Virus record (IMG/VR): IMGVR_UViG_3300032318_002733
Location: 1 to 54,992 of that record
Length of the DNA: 54,992 nucleotides
DNA from: a virus
Taxonomy: Duplodnaviria > Caudoviricetes
Direction: 5' to 3' (one strand)
Part shown: piece by piece, positions 38,591 to 49,139 of the stretch
Numbering within the stretch: position 1 is the first letter of the stretch
Layout: each line of letters starts with the position of its first letter
Made by a program: the position numbers and the translations under genes
The notes under the pieces: generated by a model
Database searches by the model: none
Told to the model about the DNA's origin: nothing
Seen by the model: the letters and a program-made list of their open reading frames with translations, nothing else

Positions 38591-39544
38591 GTGACTAAAA
38601 GGAAAATTCCTCAAAAAATAAAAGATATTAGGAAATTTCCAATAAAGGAAATTAATTATGCCTTTGAAAAAGTAGTATCTTTTAGTCAATTTTCGATGTT
38701 TTCGGGGTGTCCATATAAGTGGGCACTCCAATACAAAGAAGGTAATTTTATACAAGAACCTTCAATTCACAGTGTTTTTGGTACAGCCTTACATGAATCA
38801 ATTCAACATTACTTATCTGCTTATTTTGATGAAAGTAGTCATACAGCAAATAAAATTGATTTAGAACAACACTTTGAAGAAAGATTTAGAACAGTTTATT
38901 CTGAAAGTTATAAATCAAACAAAAAACAACATTTTTCAGATCCTACTGAAATGAGGGAATTTTATGAGGATGGACTTACAATTTTGGATTTCATAAAAAA
39001 GAAAAAAGGAGGATATTTCAATAGAAAAACTTGGTATCTAGTTGGATGTGAGGTTCCTATTTTACTTCAACCCCACCCAGAATATAAAAATGTTTATTTC
39101 AAGGGGTTTTTGGATATGGTTTTATATAATGAATTCACAGATAGTTACTTGATTGCTGATTTCAAAACAAGTAAATCAGGGTGGAGAGATAAAGAAAAAA
39201 AAGATGAAATAAAACAAGCTCAACTTATTTTATATAAAAAATGGTTTTCCCAACAATATAATGTCCCCGAGGATAAAATTGAGATTGCTTTTTATATCTT
39301 GAGAAGAAAATTATGGGAAAATTCCTCATTTCCTATTCCTCGAATTCAAGAATTTATGCCTTTAAGTGGAAAAATTAAAACTAAAAAGGCAGTACAAAAG
39401 GTTCATGATTTTATAGAACAAGTTTTTAATAAAGATGGTTCATATAAGGATATATCTTATGAACCCACTCCAAGTAAAGATGCATGTAGATTTTGTCCTT
39501 TTGCAAATAAACAAGAATTTTGTACTAAAGCAATCCTTTCCTGA
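38591..39544 (+). CDS. PD-(D/E)XK / Cas4-RecB-like exonuclease
   Basis: SFSQ, CP, FGTALH, GFLD, DFKT, QLILY, CRFCPF...C. Confidence 0.85.
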   Translation: MTKRKIPQKIKDIRKFPIKEINYAFEKVVSFSQFSMFSGCPYKWALQYKEGNFIQEPSIHSVFGTALHESIQHYLSAYFDESSHTANKIDLEQHFEERFRTVYSESYKSNKKQHFSDPTEMREFYEDGLTILDFIKKKKGGYFNRKTWYLVGCEVPILLQPHPEYKNVYFKGFLDMVLYNEFTDSYLIADFKTSKSGWRDKEKKDEIKQAQLILYKKWFSQQYNVPEDKIEIAFYILRRKLWENSSFPIPRIQEFMPLSGKIKTKKAVQKVHDFIEQVFNKDGSYKDISYEPTPSKDACRFCPFANKQEFCTKAILS

Positions 39545-39580
39545 CCTTTAATATATTTATATAGGTAAATATTATTAATT

Positions 39581-39781
39581 ATGGAAAATAAAAAAGAAAT
39601 GACATTAACCTCTGTTAAGGTACCTAATGAATTGTTTGAGGAATTCAAAATTAACTGTATCAAATACAAGTTCTCTCTCCAAAAACTGGTTGAAAGATCA
39701 ATGCATTTGTACATGACTCAAGAAGAATTTAGAAAAAAATTACATTCTCATACAAATTTAGATTTTGATAAAAAAGATTAA
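39581..39781 (+). CDS. Ribbon-helix-helix-like DNA-binding protein
   Basis: LTSVKV strand followed by two helices; TATTTATA at 39554. Confidence 0.6.
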   Translation: MENKKEMTLTSVKVPNELFEEFKINCIKYKFSLQKLVERSMHLYMTQEEFRKKLHSHTNLDFDKKD

Positions 39782-39818
39782 TTTTGTAATATTTATTGAT
39801 GACCCTAGAGCCATCAGT

Positions 39819-40787
39819 ATGAATAAAAAAACAACAGAACAGTTTATTAAAGAAGCTAAATTATTACATAATGATTTGTATGATTATTCTTTGGTAGAAT
39901 ATATAAATGCAAAATCTAAAATAAAAATTATATGTCCTAAAGGGCATATATTTGAACAAATCCCTAATGACCATTTGAATGGACATGGTTGTAAAATGTG
40001 TGTAGGATGGGGAATAATGAAAAACAATAATGATGTTTTTTTGGAAAGATTAAAAGAAATACATGGAGATGAGATTGTATGTGAAAATACTGTATATACC
40101 GGGCATGATAAAAATGTAATTCTTTATTGTAAAAAACATGGGTTTTTTGAAAAAACCCCTAAAGCATTATTAATAAAAAAACAAGGGTGTTCAAAGTGTG
40201 GATATGAAAAAAGTACTTTAAAAAGAACAATTTCTCAAGAAACTTTTATAAAAAAAGCTAATAAAATACATAATGATACTTATGATTATTCATTAGTAAA
40301 ATATATTAATTCTAACACTAAAGTAAAAATTATATGTCCAAAACACGGAGAATTTTTACAATACCCCAAAGACCATATAAATCAATCCCATGGATGCCCA
40401 TTTTGTTGTGTATCTAAAGGAGAAAGGGAAATATTAAAGTATTTAAAAAATAATGATATATTTTATTATCACCAATATTGTTTTAAGGATTGTATTAATG
40501 ATAAAACTAATCGAAAATTAATTTTTGATTTTTTTATACCTGATTATAATTTATGTATAGAATTTGATGGGGAACAACATTTTTTTCCTACAGATAAATT
40601 TGGAGGTGTCGAAAGTTTTAATTATCTTATATATAAAGACCAAATAAAAAACAATTATTGTGAAGTTAATAAAATAAATCTTTTAAGGATAAAGTATAAC
40701 CAAATTAATAAAATAAATCAAATATTAAACAACTATGTCGAACATTTTAAAAACAGAAAGTCGTCACATAGAGCAAAAATATCGTAA
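39819..40787 (+). CDS. Free-standing endonuclease, paralog of 28306..29418
   Basis: YDYS/CPKHG repeats; SKGE...FDFFIP...CIEFDGEQH; overlaps the next gene by 53 nt. Confidence 0.8.
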   Translation: MNKKTTEQFIKEAKLLHNDLYDYSLVEYINAKSKIKIICPKGHIFEQIPNDHLNGHGCKMCVGWGIMKNNNDVFLERLKEIHGDEIVCENTVYTGHDKNVILYCKKHGFFEKTPKALLIKKQGCSKCGYEKSTLKRTISQETFIKKANKIHNDTYDYSLVKYINSNTKVKIICPKHGEFLQYPKDHINQSHGCPFCCVSKGEREILKYLKNNDIFYYHQYCFKDCINDKTNRKLIFDFFIPDYNLCIEFDGEQHFFPTDKFGGVESFNYLIYKDQIKNNYCEVNKINLLRIKYNQINKINQILNNYVEHFKNRKSSHRAKIS

Positions 40788-42252
40788 AAAGATATTGCTC
40801 ATATGTGACGACCTTTGACTAAGAGCCCATTCAGGGGTGGCCACTGTAGGTCGAGAAATTGTACTTAGTACATCCCACCACTTTAATTGGGTATGTGTTG
40901 GAGGTGGCATCAACCATCCAGAGGCAGGAAAAAAATTAGACCTTTCTCCAGCAACCAATGAAACAACAGGACTAAAAGATTCATCAGTAATAATGTATCC
41001 TGTAAATGATTATGGAAATCCAGATGTTATTAGACAACTAATTGCCATAGAAAAACCTGATGCATTAATGATGATTACTGACCCAAGATATTATGTTTGG
41101 TTGTTTCAAATGGAAAATGAAATTAGAAAACATATTCCAATAGTTTATTTAAATATATGGGATAATTTTCCTACTCCTTTATGGAATTTACCTTATTATG
41201 AATCTTGTGATTTATTGTTGGCTATTTCCAAACAAACTAAACTAATAAATAAATTGGTTTTAAAACATGGAAATGTTGATTATATTGACTTGGATAATGG
41301 GGGAGATGATTTTATTGGTGAAAAATCTACTAAATCAACCCCAAGATTAGTAAAATATGTTCCTCATGGCTTAAATGATAATATTTTTAAACCTTTGAAT
41401 AAAAATGATGTTGAATTAAAAGACTTTAAAAATAAACTATTTAAAGGAAAACAATATGATTTTTCTATTTTATTCAACTCCAGAAATATTAGAAGAAAAC
41501 AAATCCCTGATACAATTTTAGCATACAAACATTTTATTGATAGTTTACCTGAAAATAAATCCAAATCATGTTGTTTAGTTTTACATACTGATAAAGTCAG
41601 TGATCATGGTACTGATTTGGAGGCCGTTATTGAAGCATTAGCTCCTTCACCTCACTACAACATTGTATTTACAGAAGCTCAATTTAGTCCTCATCAAATG
41701 AATTTATTGTATAATAGTACAGATTGTCAAATACTATTGACTTCAAATGAAGGGTGGGGATTAAGTTTAACTGAATCATTGCTTGCTGGAAATCCTATTG
41801 TAGCTAATGTAACTGGGGGTATGCAAGACCAAATGAGATTTGAAGATGATGAAGAACAATGGTTTACTCCTTCAGCAGAAATTCCATCAAACCATACAGG
41901 TAGATTTAAAAAACATGGAATGTGGGCATTTCCTGTATATCCATTAACTAGAAATTTACAAGGTTCCCCTCCAACCCCTTATATTTGGGATGACCACTGC
42001 CGACCAGAGGATGCAGCCAAATGTTTAAAAGAACTTTATGAAATGTCCAAAGAAGAAAGAATTGAAAGGGGATTAGCAGGAAGAACATGGGCAATAAGTC
42101 ATGAGGCTGGTTTCACAAGTGAACATCAGGGAAAAAGAATAATTGATGCTTTTAAATCATTGTTTGTTATATGGAAACCTCGTGAATCCTATGAATTAAT
42201 AAATGCAAACGAGGTAAAAGATAGGACCATAAAACATAATTTGTTATTTTAA
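40735..42252 (+). CDS. GT4 (GT-B) glycosyltransferase interrupted by an in-frame TGA within a 6-nt insertion
   Basis: MSNILKTESRHIEQKYRKKILLICDDL-TGA-CTA-RAHSGVATVGRE...; RNIRRK and EGWGLSLTE GT4 motif. Confidence 0.85.
40757..40821 (+). other. Long RNA stem-loop ending at CUU-UGA-CUA (candidate recoding signal)
   Basis: GUCGUCACAUA (40760-40770)/UAUGUGACGAC (40802-40812), GAGC/GCUC, AAUAUC/GAUAUU. Confidence 0.8.
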
Positions 42253-42264
42253 TAAAAAATAAAA

Positions 42265-43575
42265 ATGAATAAACCGTTATTTGTAATTAGTTGCCCTATT
42301 GATACTTACAGTGGGTATGGCTCAAGAAGTCGTGATGTAGTTAAAGCCATCATTGAATTAGATAAATATGATGTTAAAATATTGCCTCAAAGATGGGGGA
42401 ATACTAATTGGAATTTTATTGAAGACAATATTGAAGAATGGGGATTTTTAAAACAACATATTTTACCCAATAATCAACTCCCTAAACAACCAGAAGTATG
42501 GGCTCAGGTAACTGTACCAAATGAATTCCAACCTATAGGAAAATTCAACATAGGATTCACTGCTGGTATAGAAAGTACAGTGTGTCCTGCAGATTGGATT
42601 GATGGTATCAATAGAATGGATTTAACATTAGTTTCATCAGAGCATGCCAAAAAAGTATTTGTTGAAACAAAATTTGAAAAAAGAAATACTCAAACCAATG
42701 TTTTAGAACAAGTAATTGAACTAAACAAACCTGTGGAAGTATTGTTTGAAGGTGTACAAACAGATATCTATAAAATAATTGAATCTCATCAAGTGAAATC
42801 TATTAATTTAGATTCAATCAAAGAAAAATTTGCTTATTTGTTTGTTGGACATTTCATGGAAGGTGACATGGGAGAAGATCGTAAGAATGTAAATCTTCTT
42901 ATTAAATCTTTTTATGAAACCTTTAAAAATAAACAAAATAGACCTGCTTTGATATTAAAAACATCTCAAGTTGGTTCATCCTATGTTGATAGAGAAGAAA
43001 TTCTTAAAAAAATTAAAAAAATCCACAAAACGGTAAATTCCGAAAACTTACCTAACATTTATGTTTTACATGGAGATTTTACAGATGAAGAAATGAATCA
43101 ACTATACAATCACCATAAAGTAAAAGCCATGATTAGTCTAACCAAGGGAGAGGGTTTTGGTAGACCATTACTTGAGTTTACTATGGTTAAAAAACCCTTA
43201 ATATGTTCTGGATGGTCAGGACAAATGGATTTCTTGAATCCTGAATTTACTAATTTGATAGGAGGTCAGCTTACTCAAATCCACCCATCAACAAAGAATC
43301 CATTTTTACACCCTGATTCACTTTGGTTTTCACCTGATTTGGCTCAAATTGGTTTTTATTTGAAAGATGTTTTTGAAAACTATAAAAACTATACTGATAA
43401 AGCCAAACGTCAAGCCCATTACAGCAAAACCAATTTCAGTTGGGAAAAAATGAAGGAAAAAATAGATCAAATTTTAATCCAATATGTACCTGAGTTTCCT
43501 TCAGAAATTAAATTAAAACCACCAACTATCAAGAAAATCGAATTACCTAAAAGACCAGAAAAACAAAATGGATAA
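42265..43575 (+). CDS. GT4 glycosyltransferase
   Basis: SGYG, DRKN, GEGFGRPLLE. Confidence 0.85.
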   Translation: MNKPLFVISCPIDTYSGYGSRSRDVVKAIIELDKYDVKILPQRWGNTNWNFIEDNIEEWGFLKQHILPNNQLPKQPEVWAQVTVPNEFQPIGKFNIGFTAGIESTVCPADWIDGINRMDLTLVSSEHAKKVFVETKFEKRNTQTNVLEQVIELNKPVEVLFEGVQTDIYKIIESHQVKSINLDSIKEKFAYLFVGHFMEGDMGEDRKNVNLLIKSFYETFKNKQNRPALILKTSQVGSSYVDREEILKKIKKIHKTVNSENLPNIYVLHGDFTDEEMNQLYNHHKVKAMISLTKGEGFGRPLLEFTMVKKPLICSGWSGQMDFLNPEFTNLIGGQLTQIHPSTKNPFLHPDSLWFSPDLAQIGFYLKDVFENYKNYTDKAKRQAHYSKTNFSWEKMKEKIDQILIQYVPEFPSEIKLKPPTIKKIELPKRPEKQNG

Positions 43576-43765
43576 TTTAATAACTTTTATTAAAAACTAT
43601 AAATACTTTAAAAATTATTTTTTTAAAGAATTAAATAGAATGACTGCCGAAAGACTTTTAGGTAAAAAATTAAAAAATTATGTTGTGAAACACAATATAA
43701 TTAATTCAAATCCTAATAAAGAATTGTTAGAAAAATATAAAAATATTTGTGATAAAAAAAAGTAA
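43568..43765 (+). CDS. Hypothetical protein
   Basis: 65-aa ORF starting MDNLI. Confidence 0.5.
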   Translation: MDNLITFIKNYKYFKNYFFKELNRMTAERLLGKKLKNYVVKHNIINSNPNKELLEKYKNICDKKK

Positions 43766-43766
43766 T

Positions 43767-44060
43767 ATGGAAAAAGAAATAATTTATTTAACAAAAGAAG
43801 AATTAGAATATTTTGATTTCACAGGTGGAACAAAATGGGAATTAAGAGATGAAATCTATGATTTTGTAGAAAAAATAAGAACTGATCAATACTCTGATGG
43901 TCCTTCTTGGGATATAGTAGTAAAAAGAAAAAGTGATGGAAAATTTTTTAAATGGAACTGTTGGGACGCAGGATATCATTATGGATATCTTATGGAAAGT
44001 GGAGATAATTACATGGAAGAAGTTTTTCCTGGAATAAAAACAATGATAACTTATAACTAA
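43767..44060 (+). CDS. Hypothetical protein
   Basis: ATG 43767 after the previous stop. Confidence 0.6.
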   Translation: MEKEIIYLTKEELEYFDFTGGTKWELRDEIYDFVEKIRTDQYSDGPSWDIVVKRKSDGKFFKWNCWDAGYHYGYLMESGDNYMEEVFPGIKTMITYN

Positions 44061-44064
44061 AACA

Positions 44065-44520
44065 ATGGACAATCTTATTAACTGCCTAAAATGTTCTTCG
44101 GATGCGTGTTACGTAGAAGAAATAAATCAAGATATTAAAACATACATGTGTTATGGATGTGGATTTATTTCAAATTCACTAATGAAAGAAGGTGAAACAT
44201 TCCTAGAAGAACAAGTTTCAATTTTACCCGAACTTTATAAAGATTTGTTATTTACCGACAACGAAGGAAAAGTTTGGATGCCCTCAACCATTAATGTTCC
44301 TGATAAAGGAATGATTTTTGCTAATGGAAATAATATTCGAAATTGGAAGTGGGCAGCAGTTAAATCTGTACCCGTAACACAGGAAGAACAATCCAAATAC
44401 CCAATTCCAGGTAAACCAGGACAATTTTATAAAAATAGAATGGATATGTCAACAATGAAGGAATTTGGTGAACGTGATTTTATGGATGCCCTTACTTACA
44501 TTGATGTATTACCTGAATAA
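44065..44520 (+). CDS. Zinc-ribbon hypothetical protein
   Basis: CLKC...CYGCG. Confidence 0.65.
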   Translation: MDNLINCLKCSSDACYVEEINQDIKTYMCYGCGFISNSLMKEGETFLEEQVSILPELYKDLLFTDNEGKVWMPSTINVPDKGMIFANGNNIRNWKWAAVKSVPVTQEEQSKYPIPGKPGQFYKNRMDMSTMKEFGERDFMDALTYIDVLPE

Positions 44521-44529
44521 ACGTTATAT

Positions 44530-45177
44530 ATGAAAATATCTTATGGAATCACAGTATGTACTGAGTTGGATGAAATTAAGCGTTTAATAAACGTTATAAC
44601 AACCTATAAACGAAGTGAAGATGAAATAGTAATAATTTATGATTGTGTTAATGGTTCGGATGAAGTTTTTAAATATTTACAATCACTTAATCCTGGCACT
44701 ACATATAATCCCCTAGAAAATTATCCTATTAGATGGTATAGTTTTGATTTCAATAATGATTTTTCAAAATTAAAAAATTCCATGAATGAAATGTGTGAAG
44801 GAGATTGGATCTTTTCGATTGATGCAGACGAAATTCCTCATCAATATTTAATAGAAAATTTACCTTCAATAATTGAACAAAACTCAGATATAGATTTAAT
44901 GGTTGTATCTCGTATCAATACCGTTGAAGGTATAACAGAAGAACATCTAAAACTTTGGGGATGGAAAATGAATGAAAAAGGATGGATTAATTTTTGTGAT
45001 GGTCAAACCCGTATTTATAAAAACACCCCAAACATTAAATGGGAAAATAAGGTACACGAAAAAATTACAGGATATAAAACATTTGCTTTTTTACCTGAGG
45101 TAGAAGAATTTAGTTTATATCACCCTAAAACAATAGAAAAACAAGAAAAACAAAACCAACTTTATAGTAGCCTATGA
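44530..45177 (+). CDS. GT2 glycosyltransferase
   Basis: ISYGITV, WIFSIDADE, VHE. Confidence 0.85.
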   Translation: MKISYGITVCTELDEIKRLINVITTYKRSEDEIVIIYDCVNGSDEVFKYLQSLNPGTTYNPLENYPIRWYSFDFNNDFSKLKNSMNEMCEGDWIFSIDADEIPHQYLIENLPSIIEQNSDIDLMVVSRINTVEGITEEHLKLWGWKMNEKGWINFCDGQTRIYKNTPNIKWENKVHEKITGYKTFAFLPEVEEFSLYHPKTIEKQEKQNQLYSSL

Positions 45178-45368
45178 ATTATAAAAAAGAAGTTTATACA
45201 GATTTAGAACAACAACGTTTAAATGAAAAACATGATGTTTTAAGAATGGAAGTTATTGAGGCTTTAGTTAAACAACACACTAATTACTCAGAATTAGGTA
45301 AAGCCATTAGATATTTTGTAAATTTAAAAGATAAAGTTACCCATGAAACTGAAGGTAGCTCATTTTGA
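45174..45368 (+). CDS. Hypothetical protein
   Basis: 64-aa ORF. Confidence 0.55.
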   Translation: MNYKKEVYTDLEQQRLNEKHDVLRMEVIEALVKQHTNYSELGKAIRYFVNLKDKVTHETEGSSF

Positions 45369-46155
45369 TGAAATTATTTTTAGAGAAAAATTAAAACATT
45401 TATCTCATATAGATTTTTCTTTATTTGTAGAAACACATCCCCAATCTCAAAGTGAATTATCTTCAATTAATATAATATCTCTTCAAGAACCAAATGAATA
45501 TTTTGGTTTACATGATTGGGTTATACAAAACAAAGATTTATTTCAAATAATCTTAACTCAAAGTGACAAAATATTAAATAATTGTGATAATGCTATTTAT
45601 CAACCTTTTGGTCATACTTGGTTAAAACCTAACCAATATAAAAAAGAACATAATAAAGAATTTAAGTTAGCTCATTTACAAGGTAAATTACTTAAAACTT
45701 ATGGTCATTCATTAAGACACCAAGTAACTGCTAGGAAAAATGAATTTAATATTCCTACTAAATTTTATGAAACTTACGGAGATAGAAATAATATTGAAAA
45801 TGCTCGTTTAGGTAAAGAATTTATATTTGGAGATTCTCAATTTGGTGTAGTAATTGAAAATGTTTCATGTAGGGGTTATTTTACTGAAAAAATATTGGAT
45901 TGTTTATTATTAAAAACAATTCCAATTTATTGGGGGTGTTCAAACATAGGAGATTATTTTGATATAGAAGGTATTATACCGTTTAATAACGTTGATGATT
46001 TAATTTACATATCAAATAATTTAACTAAAGATTTTTATGAATCTAAAAAAGAAATTATTAATAAAAATTGGAAATTAGCTCTAGATTACGTAGATTACGA
46101 GCAAAATATAGCAAACACAATTACAAACATTTTTAAACACAATAAATTGATATGA
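45343..46155 (+). CDS. GT10 (alpha-1,3-fucosyltransferase-like) glycosyltransferase
   Basis: FGVVIEN...YFTEKILD...TIPIYWG. Confidence 0.85.
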   Translation: MKLKVAHFDEIIFREKLKHLSHIDFSLFVETHPQSQSELSSINIISLQEPNEYFGLHDWVIQNKDLFQIILTQSDKILNNCDNAIYQPFGHTWLKPNQYKKEHNKEFKLAHLQGKLLKTYGHSLRHQVTARKNEFNIPTKFYETYGDRNNIENARLGKEFIFGDSQFGVVIENVSCRGYFTEKILDCLLLKTIPIYWGCSNIGDYFDIEGIIPFNNVDDLIYISNNLTKDFYESKKEIINKNWKLALDYVDYEQNIANTITNIFKHNKLI

Positions 46156-47294
46156 AGAAAATTTGGTATGCCCCTTATAGATTTGAATCCTATGGGGAAG
46201 AAGAAATTAAAGCAGTAGAAGAATCACTACGTTCAGGATGGTTAGGAGGACAAGGACCTAAATCTATTGAATTTGAAGAAAAAATAGCCAAATATTTTGG
46301 TAAAAAATATGGAATATTTGTCAATTCTGGTTCTTCGGCTTGTTTGCTTGCATTAGCTAGTTTACAATTACCAAAAGGCACTAAAGTAATTACTCCTGCT
46401 TGTACTTTTTCTACAACATTAGCTCCTATAGTTCAATTAGGATTAAAACCTGTATTTGTAGATGTAGGATTAAATAGTTATGTAGCTATTATTGAACAAG
46501 TTATTAATGCTATTACTCCTGATGTTAAAGTAATTATGTTACCTAATTTGATTGGTAATAAACCCGATTGGAAAAAATTAAAAAATGATTTAAAATATTT
46601 AGGCAGGCCTGACATAATCCTAATTGAAGATTCTGCAGACACTGTGACATATACTCCTGAATCAGATATTGCCACTACTAGTTTTTATGCTTCACATGTC
46701 ATTACAGCTGGTGGTTCAGGTGGAATGGTAATGTTTAATGATAAAAAATTAGTAAATGTTTGTTTACAATTTAGAGATTGGGGTAGATTAGGAGGTGATT
46801 CTGAAATTATGTCTGAACGTTTTAATCATATGGTAGATGATATTCCTTATGACCATAAATTTTTATACAGTGTTTTAGGATATAATTTTAAATCATCTGA
46901 AATGAATGCTGCCTTTGGTTTAGTTCAATTAGAACGTTTTAAAACATTTGAACAAATTAGAAGATCAAATATTGAACGTTACATTGAAAATCTTAAAGAT
47001 GTAGAGGAAATTTTATTACCTGATGATTCTATTAAACCAAACTGGTTAGCAATTCCTCTACAAACTGAAAGACGTTATGAATTACTTAACTTCTTAGAAA
47101 ACAACAACATTCAAACTCGTGTAACATTTGCAGGAAATGTAACACGTCACCCAGCATACAGAGAATTTTTACAACCATTTACCAACTCAGATATTATTAT
47201 GAAGAATGGATTCTTGTTGGGTGCTCATCATGGTATGACCACTGAAGATGTAGATTATGTTTGTGATAAAATTAAAGAATTTTTTAATAAATAA
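46152..47294 (+). CDS. DegT/DnrJ-family PLP enzyme, RfbH/DdhC-like NDP-4-keto-6-deoxyhexose 3-dehydratase
   Basis: VNSGSSA, IEDSAD, SFYASHVIT (His in place of the catalytic Lys), RDWGR, YDHKF..GYN. Confidence 0.85.
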   Translation: MKKIWYAPYRFESYGEEEIKAVEESLRSGWLGGQGPKSIEFEEKIAKYFGKKYGIFVNSGSSACLLALASLQLPKGTKVITPACTFSTTLAPIVQLGLKPVFVDVGLNSYVAIIEQVINAITPDVKVIMLPNLIGNKPDWKKLKNDLKYLGRPDIILIEDSADTVTYTPESDIATTSFYASHVITAGGSGGMVMFNDKKLVNVCLQFRDWGRLGGDSEIMSERFNHMVDDIPYDHKFLYSVLGYNFKSSEMNAAFGLVQLERFKTFEQIRRSNIERYIENLKDVEEILLPDDSIKPNWLAIPLQTERRYELLNFLENNNIQTRVTFAGNVTRHPAYREFLQPFTNSDIIMKNGFLLGAHHGMTTEDVDYVCDKIKEFFNK

Positions 47295-47899
47295 TGGATT
47301 TAAAAAAACGTATATTAGAAATAGCTTATAAAAATAAGTTAAGTCATTTAGGCTCATATATCTCTAGTTTAGAAATAATAGAAGAAATATATAAAAAGAA
47401 AAACCCAGAAGACATATTCATTCTATCTTCAGGACATGCCTCTTTAGCTTTATATGTTGTTTTAGAAGCATATGAAGGTAGAAATGCTGAAGAATTATTT
47501 AAAAAACATGGTGGTCATCCTCACAGAGATGAAAAAAATGGATTATATTGTTCCACAGGAAGTTTGGGTTTAGGAATAACAATAGCAGTAGGTAGAGCAT
47601 TAGCTAATCCTAGGCGTAAAGTTTATGTTTTAATTAGTGATGGGGAAGCTGCTGAAGGTTCTATTTGGGAATCTTTGAGATTTATTTATGAACAAAACAT
47701 AAAAAATATAGAAGTATATGTTAATATAAATGGTTATGCTGCTTATGATAAAATAGATATTGAATATTTAAGTAAACGATTATTATCTTTTTTACCTAAT
47801 ATAAATCTAAGATATACATCAGTTAATCAATACCCCTTTTTAAAAGGTATCAATGCTCATTATCATGTAATGTCAGAGGAGGACTATAAATTAATATGA
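47294..47899 (+). CDS. Transketolase N-terminal (ThDP-binding) subunit
   Basis: SHLGS, LSSGH, GHP, TGSLG, SDGEAAEG. Confidence 0.9.
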   Translation: MDLKKRILEIAYKNKLSHLGSYISSLEIIEEIYKKKNPEDIFILSSGHASLALYVVLEAYEGRNAEELFKKHGGHPHRDEKNGLYCSTGSLGLGITIAVGRALANPRRKVYVLISDGEAAEGSIWESLRFIYEQNIKNIEVYVNINGYAAYDKIDIEYLSKRLLSFLPNINLRYTSVNQYPFLKGINAHYHVMSEEDYKLI

Positions 47900-48366
47900 G
47901 AAAAGAATTTGCCTCAATGCTACATTCAGAAATGTCCCAAAACGAAAATATTATTTTATTAACTGGAGACTTAGGGTATGGAATGTGGGATAAAATTAAA
48001 ATAGATTATCCTGATAGATTTTACAATACTTTATCAGCTGAACAATTAATGATGGGAGTAGCAATAGGAATGGCTATGGAAGGTAAAATTCCTATAGTTT
48101 ATTCAATAACTCCTTTTGCAATTTATAGACCTTTTGAATTAATAAGAAATTATTTGAATCATGAAAATATATATGTAAAAATTGTGGGTGGAGGTAGAGA
48201 TAAAGAATATGGATATTTAGGTTTTTCACACTGGGCTGAAGAAGATATTGATATTTTATCAAATTTTAAAAATTTAGCTTTATTTAAACCAAAAGAATTT
48301 ACTAATGAAATTTTTAATGATTTTATATATAATAACAAACCATCCTATTTAAATTTATCTAGATGA
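47896..48366 (+). CDS. Transketolase pyrimidine-binding subunit (short)
   Basis: GDLGYG, AEQLMMG, RPFE, GFSH. Confidence 0.88.
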   Translation: MRKEFASMLHSEMSQNENIILLTGDLGYGMWDKIKIDYPDRFYNTLSAEQLMMGVAIGMAMEGKIPIVYSITPFAIYRPFELIRNYLNHENIYVKIVGGGRDKEYGYLGFSHWAEEDIDILSNFKNLALFKPKEFTNEIFNDFIYNNKPSYLNLSR

Positions 48367-49139
48367 AAATATTAATTACAGGAGGGGATGGTTATATAGG
48401 AAATTCTTTATATAATGCTTTAAAAAAAGATTTTGTTGTTATAAAGATTTCAAGAAAAGATTTTGATTTATCTAATTCATTCGAAACTTTAAAATATTTC
48501 TCAAAATATAAATTTGATGTAGTACTACATTGTGCTGCTAGTGGAGGAAGTAGACTGAAATCTGATGGGTTCCAATCTATGGATAACAATTTGAAAATGT
48601 ATTATAATTTATTAAATTGTAAAAACAGCTTTAACAAATTAATACATTTTGGTTCAGGGGCAGAAATTTACCAACCAGAATCTCCTTACGGTTTAAGTAA
48701 AAAAGTAATATCAAATTCAATATCTGAAATCGATAGATTTTATAATTTAAGGATATTTGCTGTTTTTGATGAAAATGAATTAGAAACTCGTTTTATAAAA
48801 ACAAACATTAAAAAATATATAAATCATCAACATATTGAAATTTTTGAAGATAAAAAAATGGATTTCTTTTATATGGATGATTTAGTTACTTTGGTAAAAT
48901 ATTATATATCAAATGATAATCTCCCTAAAGATATAAATTGTAATTATAATTATGTTTTAAAATTATCTGAAATTTCTTCTCTTATAAATAACTTGGATTC
49001 TCATAAAGTTGATATTATATTTAATAGTAAACAATTAGTAACAGATTATAAAGGAGAATTTACTAATTTAGGATTAAATTTTATTGGATTAAAACAAGGT
49101 ATTATAAACACATACAATAAATTAAAAAATGAATATTAA
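48363..49139 (+). CDS. NAD-dependent epimerase/reductase (extended SDR)
   Basis: ITGGDGYIG, GSGAE, YGLSK. Confidence 0.88.
   Translation: MKILITGGDGYIGNSLYNALKKDFVVIKISRKDFDLSNSFETLKYFSKYKFDVVLHCAASGGSRLKSDGFQSMDNNLKMYYNLLNCKNSFNKLIHFGSGAEIYQPESPYGLSKKVISNSISEIDRFYNLRIFAVFDENELETRFIKTNIKKYINHQHIEIFEDKKMDFFYMDDLVTLVKYYISNDNLPKDINCNYNYVLKLSEISSLINNLDSHKVDIIFNSKQLVTDYKGEFTNLGLNFIGLKQGIINTYNKLKNEY

Noticed and set aside
38591-39544. Cas4-like nuclease as a sign of a CRISPR system
   Set aside because: No repeat-spacer array or other cas genes seen; stand-alone PD-(D/E)XK exonucleases are common in phage replication modules
40816-40818. Selenocysteine at the GT4 TGA
   Set aside because: The position is not a Cys-type catalytic site, the strong hairpin is 5' rather than immediately 3' of the UGA, and no sel genes are in the window
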